Part shown: positions 19,369 through 28,790 of the stretch, piece after piece
Layout: each line of letters starts with the position of its first letter
How positions within the stretch are numbered: position 1 is the first letter of the stretch
Assembly (NCBI GenBank): GCA_025450105.1
Contig: JANWIA010000022.1
Span: 5,630-69,629, forward strand
DNA length: 64,000 nucleotides
Source: Candidatus Doudnabacteria bacterium
GTDB taxonomy: Bacteria; Patescibacteriota; Doudnabacteria; UBA920; O2-02-FULL-48-8
Direction of reading: 5' to 3'
Made by a program: the position numbers and the translations under genes
Notes under the pieces: generated by a model
What the model was told of the DNA's origin: nothing
Seen by the model: the letters and a program-made list of their open reading frames with translations, nothing else
Database searches by the model: none

Positions 19369-20643
19369 TTAATTAATCTTCTTTTCAAAAATACTTTTAT
19401 CTTCGAACGGACCAATTATAGCGACGTTCATACATTCAAATTTAATCACTTCCTTGGCTACTTGCTTTACTTGTTCCAGCGACACAGCATCCAGTTCCTC
19501 AAAAGTTTGTTTAATGGTTCGGATTCTTCCCAAAAAAGCTTCCTGACCCAAATACCATTCCAGTTTATCATGTGGATCTTCCAAACCAAGCGCAATCTTA
19601 CCCTTAATATACTCCTTGGCCTTTTGCAATTCCTGCGGCTTAATTCCATTGTCGCGGATTTTTTTAAGTTCGTCCAATATTGCTTCCAAAGCATTTGGAG
19701 CACTCCCCACTTTCAATCCAGCCTGAATCGAAAAACTCCCACTATCCAAGTAATTATTTACAGAAGAAGAAATGTAATAGGCCAAACCTAATCGTTCGCG
19801 GACGCGGATAAACAAGCGCGAACTCATGCCGCCGCCCAAAATTGAGGCCAAGATTCGCAACGCACTATTATTCTTGTGCTTGTATGCAAAAGCCTTAAAC
19901 CCAACAACCATATGCGCCTGCTCGGTCTGCTTTTTTTGTAAACTGACCCCGAACTTCAATCCTTTGGTGCTCGACGGTTTATATTCCGGTGTGGTGGTCG
20001 ATTTCAAATCCGCCCATTTTTCTTCAATCATTTTTTCCACCATTGGCTGGTTAAAATTCCCGGCCACGGCAATAATCATATTACTTGGCTGATAAAACTT
20101 TCTGCGGTAAGCCAAAACTTCTTCGTGGGAAACTTTTTTGATAACTTCGGCTGTACCGGCAATGTCGCGGCCAAGCGGCTGGTCCGGCCACATTGTGCTT
20201 TCAAAAATTGAATCCACATGAATCTGCGGATTGTCGCGGTACATATTTATTTCTTCAATGATCACGCCTTTTTCCCGTTCTAATTCTTTTTTCTCGATTA
20301 TTGGCCGCTGCAACATTTCTGTTAGGACATCAAAAATCAACGGGAAATGTTCGTAGGCTGCGCGGATATAATATTGTGTGTGCTCCTTGCCGGTGTTGGC
20401 ATTGAATTCGGCGCCTATAGCATCTACAGTTTCAGATAATTTTTTTGCAGTCGGATATTTTTTCGTCCCCTTAAAGTGCAAGTGTTCCAAAAAATGTGAA
20501 ATGCCGTTTTGCTCAACCGCTTCGTAGCGCGACCCGACTTTAACAAAAATCGTCATCGTTACCGATGCCGCTGATTGAATCGGGACCAATAAAATTGTTA
20601 GTCCATTTTTGAGAACTTTTTTAGTATAAAGAGGTTGATTCAT
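19369..20643 (-). CDS. M16 family zinc peptidase (pitrilysin/insulinase-like)
   Basis: Inverted zinc motif HFLEH...E; 424 aa. Confidence 0.8.
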   Translation of the reverse strand: MNQPLYTKKVLKNGLTILLVPIQSAASVTMTIFVKVGSRYEAVEQNGISHFLEHLHFKGTKKYPTAKKLSETVDAIGAEFNANTGKEHTQYYIRAAYEHFPLIFDVLTEMLQRPIIEKKELEREKGVIIEEINMYRDNPQIHVDSIFESTMWPDQPLGRDIAGTAEVIKKVSHEEVLAYRRKFYQPSNMIIAVAGNFNQPMVEKMIEEKWADLKSTTTPEYKPSSTKGLKFGVSLQKKQTEQAHMVVGFKAFAYKHKNNSALRILASILGGGMSSRLFIRVRERLGLAYYISSSVNNYLDSGSFSIQAGLKVGSAPNALEAILDELKKIRDNGIKPQELQKAKEYIKGKIALGLEDPHDKLEWYLGQEAFLGRIRTIKQTFEELDAVSLEQVKQVAKEVIKFECMNVAIIGPFEDKSIFEKKIN

Positions 20644-20672
20644 GTAGTTTACAAAATCTGATTATTGTCAAC

Positions 20673-20708
20673 TTACTCCAATTTGAACATATGCTCAAAT
20701 TGGAGTAA
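20673..20708. promoter_or_regulatory. Perfect 14-bp inverted repeat (ttactccaatttga-N8-tcaaattggagtaa) between glyQS and the M16 peptidase gene
   Basis: Exact palindrome; TTGACA hexamer immediately after it on the minus strand. Confidence 0.4.
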
Positions 20709-20726
20709 CAAAGTATCTAACAATTA

Positions 20727-22079
20727 CTAAATAATTAATTTTTTCACAAAATATTTTACCAATTCGTCAATCTTGATTCGTTCCTGTTGCATAGTGTCGC
20801 GGTCGCGGACAGTCACAGACTTATCATTGGCCGTTTCAAAGTCGACGGTCAAGCAATATGGTGTGCCGATTTCATCCTGGCGGCGGTAGCGCTTGCCAAT
20901 CGAACCAGACGTGTGATGTTCGACCATCCAGTGCTTCGCTAATTTTTTGGCAATATCCATTGATACTATTGTCAGCTCGTCTTTTTTAGATAGGGGTAGA
21001 ATTGCGACCTTAATTGGCGCTAATTCTTTTGGCAACTTTAAAGTAACTTCGGTCTCATGCACGGCATCGTCCTTGCCTGATCGGGCTTCAGTTTCGGTGT
21101 ACGATGAAAGAAGCACCGCCAAAATTGTTCTATCAACTCCCCAGGTCGGTTCAATTACATGAGGTGTGTATTCTTCACCACTGACCGGATCTTTATATTT
21201 TAAATTCTTTCCAGAAGCTTGCTCATGTCGGGACAAATCATAATCGGTGCGATATGCAATTCCATAAAGCTCTTTTTGACCGAATGGATAAACAAATTCG
21301 GTATCAACAGAGCGTTTACTATAGAATGCCCTGTCTTCATCTGAAATTTCCACGTACTTAACCTTCGATTCATCTAAACCGATAGCAGTAACCCACCGCT
21401 TTTGTTCTCCCAGCCAGTGTTCAAAATATTTTTCTGCATCTTTTGGGTGGACAAAATATTCAATTTCCATTTGCTCAAATTCACGAGTGCGGAAAATAAA
21501 ATTGCCAGGAGTAATTTCATTTCTGAACGCCTTACCAATCTGCGCAACACCAAATGGAATCTTAACCTGATAGTTATCGATAATTTGTTTAAAATCAACG
21601 AACATTGCTTGAGCTGTTTCTGGACGAAGATAAACTACAGACCCTTCGCTCTCCACCGGACCCAAATAGGTCTTAAGCATCATATTAAATTGTCGAGCTT
21701 CGGTAAATTCGTGTTTGCCCCCTTTTTGGCATTTCCAAAAAGAATCCTCTTGATCGGTGGGCAAACTATCTGCTCGAAATCTCTCATGACATTTTTTACA
21801 CTCGACCAAGGGATCGGAGAAATTTTTTAAGTGCCCAGACGCTTCCCAAACTTTGGGATTCATGATTATTGCAGCATCTAGACCGGCCATATCAAATCGT
21901 TGCTGGACAAACATTTTCCACCACAGTTTCTTGATGTTGTTTTTAAGTTCCACACCCAGCGGTCCGTAGTCCCAGGAGTTTGCCAAGCCGCCGTAAATTT
22001 CGCTTCCGGGAAAAATAAAACCTCGCCTCTTAGCGAGCGAGATTACTTTGTCCATCAAATCTGGTTGTTGTTTCTTCAT
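20727..22079 (-). CDS. glyQS: Glycyl-tRNA synthetase, class II dimeric type
   Basis: N-terminus RRGFIFPGSEIYGGLANSWDYGPLG and class II motifs; 450 aa. Confidence 0.9.
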   Translation of the reverse strand: MKKQQPDLMDKVISLAKRRGFIFPGSEIYGGLANSWDYGPLGVELKNNIKKLWWKMFVQQRFDMAGLDAAIIMNPKVWEASGHLKNFSDPLVECKKCHERFRADSLPTDQEDSFWKCQKGGKHEFTEARQFNMMLKTYLGPVESEGSVVYLRPETAQAMFVDFKQIIDNYQVKIPFGVAQIGKAFRNEITPGNFIFRTREFEQMEIEYFVHPKDAEKYFEHWLGEQKRWVTAIGLDESKVKYVEISDEDRAFYSKRSVDTEFVYPFGQKELYGIAYRTDYDLSRHEQASGKNLKYKDPVSGEEYTPHVIEPTWGVDRTILAVLLSSYTETEARSGKDDAVHETEVTLKLPKELAPIKVAILPLSKKDELTIVSMDIAKKLAKHWMVEHHTSGSIGKRYRRQDEIGTPYCLTVDFETANDKSVTVRDRDTMQQERIKIDELVKYFVKKLII

Positions 22080-22175
22080 ATATATGTGGTGACGCTGGAT
22101 TCCAGCCCGTAAAGACTGAATGGCTGCGGCACATTAATTGTATTTTGATTTTAACACGATTCTAAATTTGTGTCT

Positions 22176-22934
22176 TTAGGTCATTCTGTTTCGTCTATTC
22201 TTGATTTTGCTCGGCAAATTCACAAAAAACCAAGCAATGTAAATGAAGGTTAAGATCAAAAGAATGCCCAAAACTTTCGGGGCAATCGTATAAGTTTCTT
22301 CGCTGACCAATGCAGCTAAAATTGTAATAGGCATTAACCCGGCAAGGTTGGCAAAAGTAAATTTCCAAAATCCCAGCGGGGATGCACCGGCGATGTAATT
22401 CCACAAATCGAAGGATGTAATTGGATTTACTTTCAGGAAAAATACTGACCACGCTCCACGCTGAACCATAAAGTCGTTAAACTTTGTCACATATTTTTCT
22501 TCGACAAATCGGTCGAGCAATCGTGAGCCGAATTTGTGGCCAATCCAAAACCCAATACTCGATCCGATGAAGTTGCCGAGCATAACCAATAGAATCATAT
22601 TCCAGACCCCAAAGATTGCCACACCGATTGGGTAAATAAACCAGGACGGGATAAATGCAATCAAAACTTCCAAAATAATCAGCCCACAAAAAATCACCGC
22701 CGCCCAGCCACCATTGAAGCCGACCAAATATTGCTGGAACTCAACGGTGTTGTTGGAAAACAAATCGAATACCGCCTGCCCTTTGAAGAACGACCAAAAA
22801 CCCCACAATAACAACACAGTTAGGGTGATAGTGGCCACGAAATCGATAATTTTTCGAGAGCGTTCGCTCATATAATTTTCTAGTATCATTGTAGCATTGT
22901 TTACGCTTACTGCGCGATTGTTACAACCACACAA
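22176..22934 (-). CDS. DedA/TVP38 (SNARE-associated) family membrane protein; true start probably internal (MSERSRK)
   Basis: TM topology and conserved G..G..R..F..(N/K)P motif region. Confidence 0.55.
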   Translation of the reverse strand: MCGCNNRAVSVNNATMILENYMSERSRKIIDFVATITLTVLLLWGFWSFFKGQAVFDLFSNNTVEFQQYLVGFNGGWAAVIFCGLIILEVLIAFIPSWFIYPIGVAIFGVWNMILLVMLGNFIGSSIGFWIGHKFGSRLLDRFVEEKYVTKFNDFMVQRGAWSVFFLKVNPITSFDLWNYIAGASPLGFWKFTFANLAGLMPITILAALVSEETYTIAPKVLGILLILTFIYIAWFFVNLPSKIKNRRNRMT

Positions 22935-22967
22935 CGAAAAAGCCGCCCTTGTTGTAACAAGAACGGC

Positions 22968-23339
22968 TCATGTGGTTTTGGAAACTTTGCTTATGGCTTC
23001 TGCCAGAGAGTAGGCACTTGGGATGCCTTCTACCGACTCGTTTGGTTTTGAGGGAATTGCCCCAAATTGAGTCAGAGCAGTTCTCGCCCGGCTCCCGGCT
23101 GGAACGAACCAGCACGATTTGATGTTGTGAGACAGCAACAGCTGATGGCTGCCCACAACATGAGCCATTCCGCCACTATCGAAGCGCGTAACACCGCTGA
23201 GGTCGATAATAGCCATTTTGATGCCAGCTGCAAGAGCGGATTCGATTTCATTCTTGAGGGCATCTTCGGGGTCCAACGACATCATCTCTGAAACAGTGAC
23301 CACCAAGAGGTCATTATGAACGACGGTGCTAATAAGCAA
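22968..23339 (-). CDS. STAS-domain protein (anti-sigma-factor antagonist SpoIIAA-like), high GC, TTG start with AAGGAGG SD
   Basis: IIDLSGVTRFDSGGMAHVV block resembles a STAS phospho-site region. Confidence 0.55.
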   Translation of the reverse strand: MLISTVVHNDLLVVTVSEMMSLDPEDALKNEIESALAAGIKMAIIDLSGVTRFDSGGMAHVVGSHQLLLSHNIKSCWFVPAGSRARTALTQFGAIPSKPNESVEGIPSAYSLAEAISKVSKTT

Positions 23340-23393
23340 GCTTGCCTCCTTTGCTTACATTTTACATAAAGCAAGCGCCCAGGACAACATCGT

Positions 23394-24545
23394 CTATTCT
23401 TTGGTTCGGTCCTGATAATTTTCTAGTAAGTGGTCAAATTTTTCGGTTTCGATTGTTTCGCGGATCCGCGTCATGAGATTTAAATAGAATCGGAGGTTGT
23501 GCATGGTCGCTAAACGAATTCCGAGTGGTTCTTGTGAGGCCAACAAATGGCGGATATAAGCGCGAGTAAAGTTCATGCAGCCGTAGCAATTACAGGCATT
23601 ATCAACTGGCGTAAAATCTTCCTTAAATTTTTCGTTCATGATATTCATGGTCACGTAGCCTTCACCTTCGCCTGGTTTGAGGTTAACATAAAACTTTCCA
23701 TGTCGCGCTTCGCGGGTTGGAATAACACAATCAAAACTGTCGCAGCCAAGTCCCACTGCGCGGACAATTTGTTCCGGCGTTCCCACGCCAAGTAAGTGCT
23801 TGGGTTTTTCTTCTTCCAAATGCGGCATGGAATAACTTACGGCGTCATACATTCGCTGTGGGTCTTCACCGCCGTTGGCCACGCCACCAATGCAATAGCC
23901 GGGAAAATCGAGACTGCGAATTTCTTCTGCGGATTGTTTTCGTAAATCCGGAAAAATTGCGCCCTGAACAATTCCCCATTGCATTTGACCGGGATTGATA
24001 GAATTCGCCACTAATTTTTTATGTTCTTCCTTGGCACGCGCCGCCCACATACTGGTGCGCTCCACCATTGCGCGAACGACTTCCTTGTCGGCCAATGCGC
24101 CGGGAAACTCATCCAAAACAAGTGCTATGTCTGAACCCAAATTCAATTGGATCTGCACGGATTTTTCTGGCGTCAAAATAAAAGTGCTGCCATCAACTTC
24201 GGACTGGGATTGCACGCCGTTATCGGAAGTCTTAACCATTTTGGCCAAAGAAAAAACTTGGAACCCGCCGGAGTCGGTAAAAATTGCGGATTTCCAGTTC
24301 ATGAACTTGTGCAGGCCGCCGGCTTTGGCAATCAAAGCGTCACCCGGCCGCTGCCACAAATGGTAAGTGTTGGCTAAAATCATTTCCGCGCCCCAAAATT
24401 TTAATTCTTCCGCGGCAATGGATTTAATGGCACCCTTAGTGCCAATGGGGTTAAACACCGGTGTCTTCACATCACCATGCGCCGTGTGAATGACCCCCAG
24501 CCTGGCCTTGCTCTTTGAATCTTTTTTGAGAATTGTAAATGACAT
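23394..24545 (-). CDS. tgt: Queuine tRNA-ribosyltransferase (tRNA-guanine transglycosylase)
   Basis: Full-length Tgt similarity; Zn site CxCxxC...H near C-terminus (CNCYGCMNFTRAYIRHL). Confidence 0.9.
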   Translation of the reverse strand: MSFTILKKDSKSKARLGVIHTAHGDVKTPVFNPIGTKGAIKSIAAEELKFWGAEMILANTYHLWQRPGDALIAKAGGLHKFMNWKSAIFTDSGGFQVFSLAKMVKTSDNGVQSQSEVDGSTFILTPEKSVQIQLNLGSDIALVLDEFPGALADKEVVRAMVERTSMWAARAKEEHKKLVANSINPGQMQWGIVQGAIFPDLRKQSAEEIRSLDFPGYCIGGVANGGEDPQRMYDAVSYSMPHLEEEKPKHLLGVGTPEQIVRAVGLGCDSFDCVIPTREARHGKFYVNLKPGEGEGYVTMNIMNEKFKEDFTPVDNACNCYGCMNFTRAYIRHLLASQEPLGIRLATMHNLRFYLNLMTRIRETIETEKFDHLLENYQDRTKE

Positions 24546-24565
24546 ATGTATCGAAATTGGTTACC

Positions 24566-24635
24566 ATCCCGAATTTGACCCGTCTGACGGGTCTTGTTTC
24601 GGGATCCAAAATAAGATCCTGACATTCGTCAGGAT
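24566..24635. repeat. Composite palindromic repeat: atcccgaa...ttcgggat enclosing gacccgtc-t-gacgggtc, followed by atcctgac-attc-gtcaggat
   Basis: Same family; nested structure. Confidence 0.7.
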
Positions 24636-24689
24636 GGATTAAATCAACAGAATTAGTTTAACATTTTTTGGATAAAAAAACACCCGGGA

Positions 24690-25124
24690 TCACCATGAAT
24701 GGGATCCCGGGGTCGTGTAGTCGACGCTCGGAAGAAGCTTGGTTCTGGCACGGGCAGATGTCTGCTTGACCTTTAACCGCTTAAATCTTGAACGCTTCAT
24801 CTCCAGCTCGTCAGTCGTGGAGAGATGGTCTCGAAAACAATTCGGACAATTCCCCTCAAAGTAGTAAAATCCATCCTTGGCAGGAGCGGCCCGGAACTCG
24901 TCACTTACGCCCGGGATTAGCTTTGAAAGGTTGAGGGAACTCTTGCATCTCGTGCACTGGAACATCATGTACGGAAAATTGTCGCCGGACTTGCAGTGCG
25001 GACACAAACCGTCCGGATTTTCCATCCGCTCCTTGTTTAAGAACACCAAGCCGCAGTTCTCGCAAAGGTATTCTTGTTCCGGGTCCTTGCAAGCCATCGG
25101 CACTTTTGGCTTCGCCACGATCAC
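24690..25124 (-). CDS. Cys-rich hypothetical protein with four CxxC pairs (tandem zinc-ribbon-like)
   Basis: CENCG, CPHCK, CTRCK, CPNC; high GC; AAGGAGG SD. Confidence 0.45.
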   Translation of the reverse strand: MIVAKPKVPMACKDPEQEYLCENCGLVFLNKERMENPDGLCPHCKSGDNFPYMMFQCTRCKSSLNLSKLIPGVSDEFRAAPAKDGFYYFEGNCPNCFRDHLSTTDELEMKRSRFKRLKVKQTSARARTKLLPSVDYTTPGSHSW

Positions 25125-25220
25125 CTCCTTGATCTTAAACGGGATTATACAGTATGGCCGAAATAAAACAAAACGCCGGGAGGTGAGTACCTACCCGGCG
25201 TTGCGAAAGTTGAAAACGGT

Positions 25221-25673
25221 TTAGAGGAAGCTCGTCCATGCGTAGACGATGGCACCGGCCAAAACTGCTGCCTTGGCGAAATTCTGTAGACGACCCTTGA
25301 GGTTGTCCGCGAAAGTCCTTCTGCGAAGTTCCTCAAGATTGTCAGCCCAGTACCGAACGCAGGCTTGACGACGATCATCCGTCGCCTCGTCCCACGAACT
25401 GTACGCTTCTTCGACCTCGAATTCCGTGATTCCCATGATCCTCGCCACGAACTTGGTCATGTTCTTTCGATTCATTCGCGCCTTGATCTTTTCGATATCG
25501 ATCGGACGATCGAGGATGGTGAATACCATGATCGCCATGGGACAAACGACGTTGCCTCCATTCGGATCGTACCAGTCGCCGTGAGCGAGTTTTTCGGCGG
25601 AAGTCAGCGCGACCAGACAAGCTTCCTGGTGCTCGGCCGCGACGAGTACTGTTGGCACATCTCGCATGTACAT
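25221..25673 (-). CDS. Hypothetical protein (high-GC island)
   Basis: ORF with GGAGGA SD. Confidence 0.4.
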   Translation of the reverse strand: MYMRDVPTVLVAAEHQEACLVALTSAEKLAHGDWYDPNGGNVVCPMAIMVFTILDRPIDIEKIKARMNRKNMTKFVARIMGITEFEVEEAYSSWDEATDDRRQACVRYWADNLEELRRRTFADNLKGRLQNFAKAAVLAGAIVYAWTSFL

Positions 25674-25794
25674 CAGATCCTCCGTTTCTGTTTCAGCCTA
25701 TGCAAGTTAAAGAAATGATACCAACCAGTTTCCTTTCTGGCAAACAAAACCTCTGCCATAAGTCTAACAATGGCAGAGGCCTTCCTCATGACTT

Positions 25795-26310
25795 CTAGAG
25801 CTTCTTGATAGAGGACAGCTTCTCGATCGCAGCGCGCAGCTGTTCCGAGAAGATACCCAATTGTTCCGAAGGAATCTCGTCGTCACCGGGTATGCTGTAG
25901 GGTCGTTTGAACTGGAATTCTCCTTCAAGTGGGAAGGGCAGCACAAACTTAGGTCCAAAATTCGCCACAGGACCCGCGGCTCCGAAGGGATTAGGGCAGA
26001 CTTCCGGATCTCCCATTGCCGTCATCCACAGGACATGAAGCTTGATCCGGAGCATGTAGGTCTTAACTTCGAACTTTTCGATGACCCACGTGCCGGTCTG
26101 TGACCAGATGCGACCTTGGGCAACCACTGGTGAAGGCACTTCGACTTCCATTAATGCACTCTCCAGCATGCCCGTCACGTACTCAATGACCTGCCCGTGA
26201 TGCAGCTTCACCAGGTACTCTTTCACCTTGGGATCATCGTTTCGAATGACCGGATTCACTTCTACCCGGCTTAGTTCTGAAGGCTTGGATTTCTTTTTCC
26301 CCTTTGCCAT
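25795..26310 (-). CDS. Hypothetical protein with Lys-rich N-terminus (high-GC island)
   Basis: ORF with AGGAGG SD. Confidence 0.4.
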   Translation of the reverse strand: MAKGKKKSKPSELSRVEVNPVIRNDDPKVKEYLVKLHHGQVIEYVTGMLESALMEVEVPSPVVAQGRIWSQTGTWVIEKFEVKTYMLRIKLHVLWMTAMGDPEVCPNPFGAAGPVANFGPKFVLPFPLEGEFQFKRPYSIPGDDEIPSEQLGIFSEQLRAAIEKLSSIKKL

Positions 26311-26358
26311 CCGTTCCTCCTTGTTCGCAAATGATAGCAGATCCCTGATTATTTTCCC

Positions 26359-26444
26359 ATCCCGAACTTATTTCGGGATCTTTTTTTAAGAGATCCTGAA
26401 ATGAATTCAGAATGGTATTAATAATCCCCGCTCGTGCGGAGATT
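26359..26444. repeat. Palindromic repeat units (atcccgaa-cttat-ttcgggat; degenerate atcctgaa..ttcagaat; atccccgc..gcggagat)
   Basis: Same family. Confidence 0.6.
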
Positions 26445-26447
26445 AAA

Positions 26448-26675
26448 TTACTTAGGAGTGCCTTTTGATTTCCTGTTATTCCATTTTTCTTTCCATTTGT
26501 CCCAGAAGGTTAAGCGGATGCCCCAGATTCCAAATCCAAAAAAGATTAACCATGAACCGGGAGTTAATGGAGTGACTAATGCAACCAGACCGATCAAAAT
26601 TAAAACGATGCCAAGAATTCTTTTGGCTAATGATGCTTGTGACGGGGTAAATTCAAAAATATCTTTCCAATTCAT
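26448..26675 (-). CDS. Small two-TM membrane protein, PGPGW-like motif (LTPGSW)
   Basis: Hydrophobic segments flanking a Pro-Gly turn; 75 aa. Confidence 0.3.
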   Translation of the reverse strand: MNWKDIFEFTPSQASLAKRILGIVLILIGLVALVTPLTPGSWLIFFGFGIWGIRLTFWDKWKEKWNNRKSKGTPK

Positions 26676-26825
26676 GCAATAAGGATACCACCCTGCATAC
26701 TATTGTTCAATGAGACAAAATAAAAAAGGGTGCCGATCCTGGGAACATCCCAAGCTTCCGGCACCCTGCCCAGCTATCCCGTTCCTGCGTTTAAAACGGG
26801 AGTCACCAAACCTCAATCTTGTAGT

Positions 26826-27026
26826 TCAAGGTCCAACGATCAGCTTTGGATCCTTTTCGCCCAACGCCAACGCATCAACCTTCTTGCACTCAAAAGGCTC
26901 TGCGATCAGACGACCCGCCTTGTCCGTTGTAATCCGAATGGACGCTTTTCCACGATGCACAACAACGGTGTCGCCCTCATCCGTATCAACAACCAACGGT
27001 GTCTTCTTCACCATTGTGATAACCAT
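26826..27026 (-). CDS. Small hypothetical protein, about 66 aa (start at MVITM, GGAGG SD)
   Basis: ORF plus SD; high GC. Confidence 0.3.
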   Translation of the reverse strand: MVITMVKKTPLVVDTDEGDTVVVHRGKASIRITTDKAGRLIAEPFECKKVDALALGEKDPKLIVGP

Positions 27027-27074
27027 GATTCCTCCGTACTTGAGGAACATCATACCACAGATCCGAATGACGGA

Positions 27075-28790
27075 CTATGGTTCAATTGGAGCCAAGGGTG
27101 GTTTCGGTGTAAGCGGGGCTTTTAGATTCTCAATAAAGTAGTCTCCGTCTTCATCAATATTAATAACTCGGGCAGCACCGTCTAAGTCCTGTTCAATGCG
27201 AGGAGCACCGACATAGAAGATACGGCTAGCACCATCAGCCTTCACTTTAAGTAAATCAGAACTGTTAATCCGAGCTCGGGTTGCACCATCGGCATCAATA
27301 TCCGCAGACTTGCCCACCAATTCGATTCCGTTAAAACTGGATGCGCCGTCAATCTTCAAAACCACAGTTGGAGCTGTACCAAACAAAGTTGCTCGCGACG
27401 CACCGTCCATGCCTGCGGTCAAAGTACCAGTTAGTTTAAGTCCCATGTTCAAGCGCGACGCGCCATCTAAATTGACTTCAAAATCTTTGGTAGCAAATTC
27501 CGCAGACTCAATCCGCACCGCACCGTCGGCTATGACCGACGTCAGTTGCGGCATGGTGATATCAACCGTTACCGGCTCGTCCCAACAAATAAAACAAAAA
27601 TGGTTACGGGAATCTTGTCGCATCTTCAGGGCGTCTTCGAATTTCTCAACTTGGAATGATTCCATATCAATCTGCCGGCCATGGGCCACAACAGAATAAT
27701 CTTTCCCCTGTTTAATATTCACGCGCACTGCACTCGACACGGCCAATTTGGTAAAGTCACTAATCTCGTATATTTCGGAAACCTGCTGGACTTGCGGCAA
27801 ACTTTCGTAGCGGGCTTTTAATTCCGGACCGAATCGGCTGGCCACAACGCCACCAGTCATCAAAAATACAAACCAAGCCACAGCCAAACCAATTATCATG
27901 GCAACCTTAATAGTACTTTTACCGCGGACCAAAGAAATACCAAGCATCAACATCAAATACAGCGGGATGATGACAATGGCAAAGGCCAAGAGCAACAATC
28001 CAACATATTGCCACCCAGTGACAATCTGCGACAACGGCAAATCCATGTATTCGGAATTGCGGTTGAACAATGCCACGGCAAACGCAAACGTTGTGGCGAC
28101 AATGCTAACCGTTGTGGCAAAGGTCACAACAACCCCTATAAACTTTACTATAATTGTAAACAGCAAACGGATTAATCGACCCAGTCCTACAAAGAATCTT
28201 TTAAAAAAATTGCTGTTTTTGGCGTCATTGATTCTATCCTTTACAGTTTTCTGAATTCCGGATAAATCTACACCTTGCCCGCGCATCTGCGATTTTTGTT
28301 CCGCAGTTTGGGCTGACGGCGTTAAGACCCACATGATAATATAGATAACTACCCCTGCGCCACCCGACAAAGTAATCAGCACAAACAACAATCGGAACAG
28401 AATTGGATCAACACCAAAGTAAGCGCCCAAACCAGAAGACACACCGCCAACCATTCCGTTTTGTTCGTCCCTGAACAATCTTTTGCCAGACTTTGTCTCT
28501 TCAGTTTTTTCGGGTTGTTCCGCGCCGGAATCAAAATCTTCAACCCGGCCCATACTTTTAATCAGCTTCTGGACCTCATCCAAGGTTACAATCTTATCCT
28601 TTAATTTATCCTTGCCAGACAAAAATTGTTCCGCCATGCGCGATTCCATATCCGAAATAATCTCATCCTTATTTGGATCCGCAGCAAAATGATTTTTAAT
28701 AGATTTTAAATATTCATCGAGTACCACAAAAGCATCGTCCTCGATGTAGAAGATGGAACCTCCTATATTGATGCTAATTGTTTTTTTCAT
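27075..28790 (-). CDS. PspC-domain membrane protein with C-terminal DUF4097/DUF2807-like beta-repeat region (DGASR repeats)
   Basis: GGVSSGLGAYFGVDPILFRLLFVLITLSGG is the PspC signature; seven DGA(S/T)R-containing repeats at the C-terminus. Confidence 0.7.
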   Translation of the reverse strand: MKKTISINIGGSIFYIEDDAFVVLDEYLKSIKNHFAADPNKDEIISDMESRMAEQFLSGKDKLKDKIVTLDEVQKLIKSMGRVEDFDSGAEQPEKTEETKSGKRLFRDEQNGMVGGVSSGLGAYFGVDPILFRLLFVLITLSGGAGVVIYIIMWVLTPSAQTAEQKSQMRGQGVDLSGIQKTVKDRINDAKNSNFFKRFFVGLGRLIRLLFTIIVKFIGVVVTFATTVSIVATTFAFAVALFNRNSEYMDLPLSQIVTGWQYVGLLLLAFAIVIIPLYLMLMLGISLVRGKSTIKVAMIIGLAVAWFVFLMTGGVVASRFGPELKARYESLPQVQQVSEIYEISDFTKLAVSSAVRVNIKQGKDYSVVAHGRQIDMESFQVEKFEDALKMRQDSRNHFCFICWDEPVTVDITMPQLTSVIADGAVRIESAEFATKDFEVNLDGASRLNMGLKLTGTLTAGMDGASRATLFGTAPTVVLKIDGASSFNGIELVGKSADIDADGATRARINSSDLLKVKADGASRIFYVGAPRIEQDLDGAARVINIDEDGDYFIENLKAPLTPKPPLAPIEP

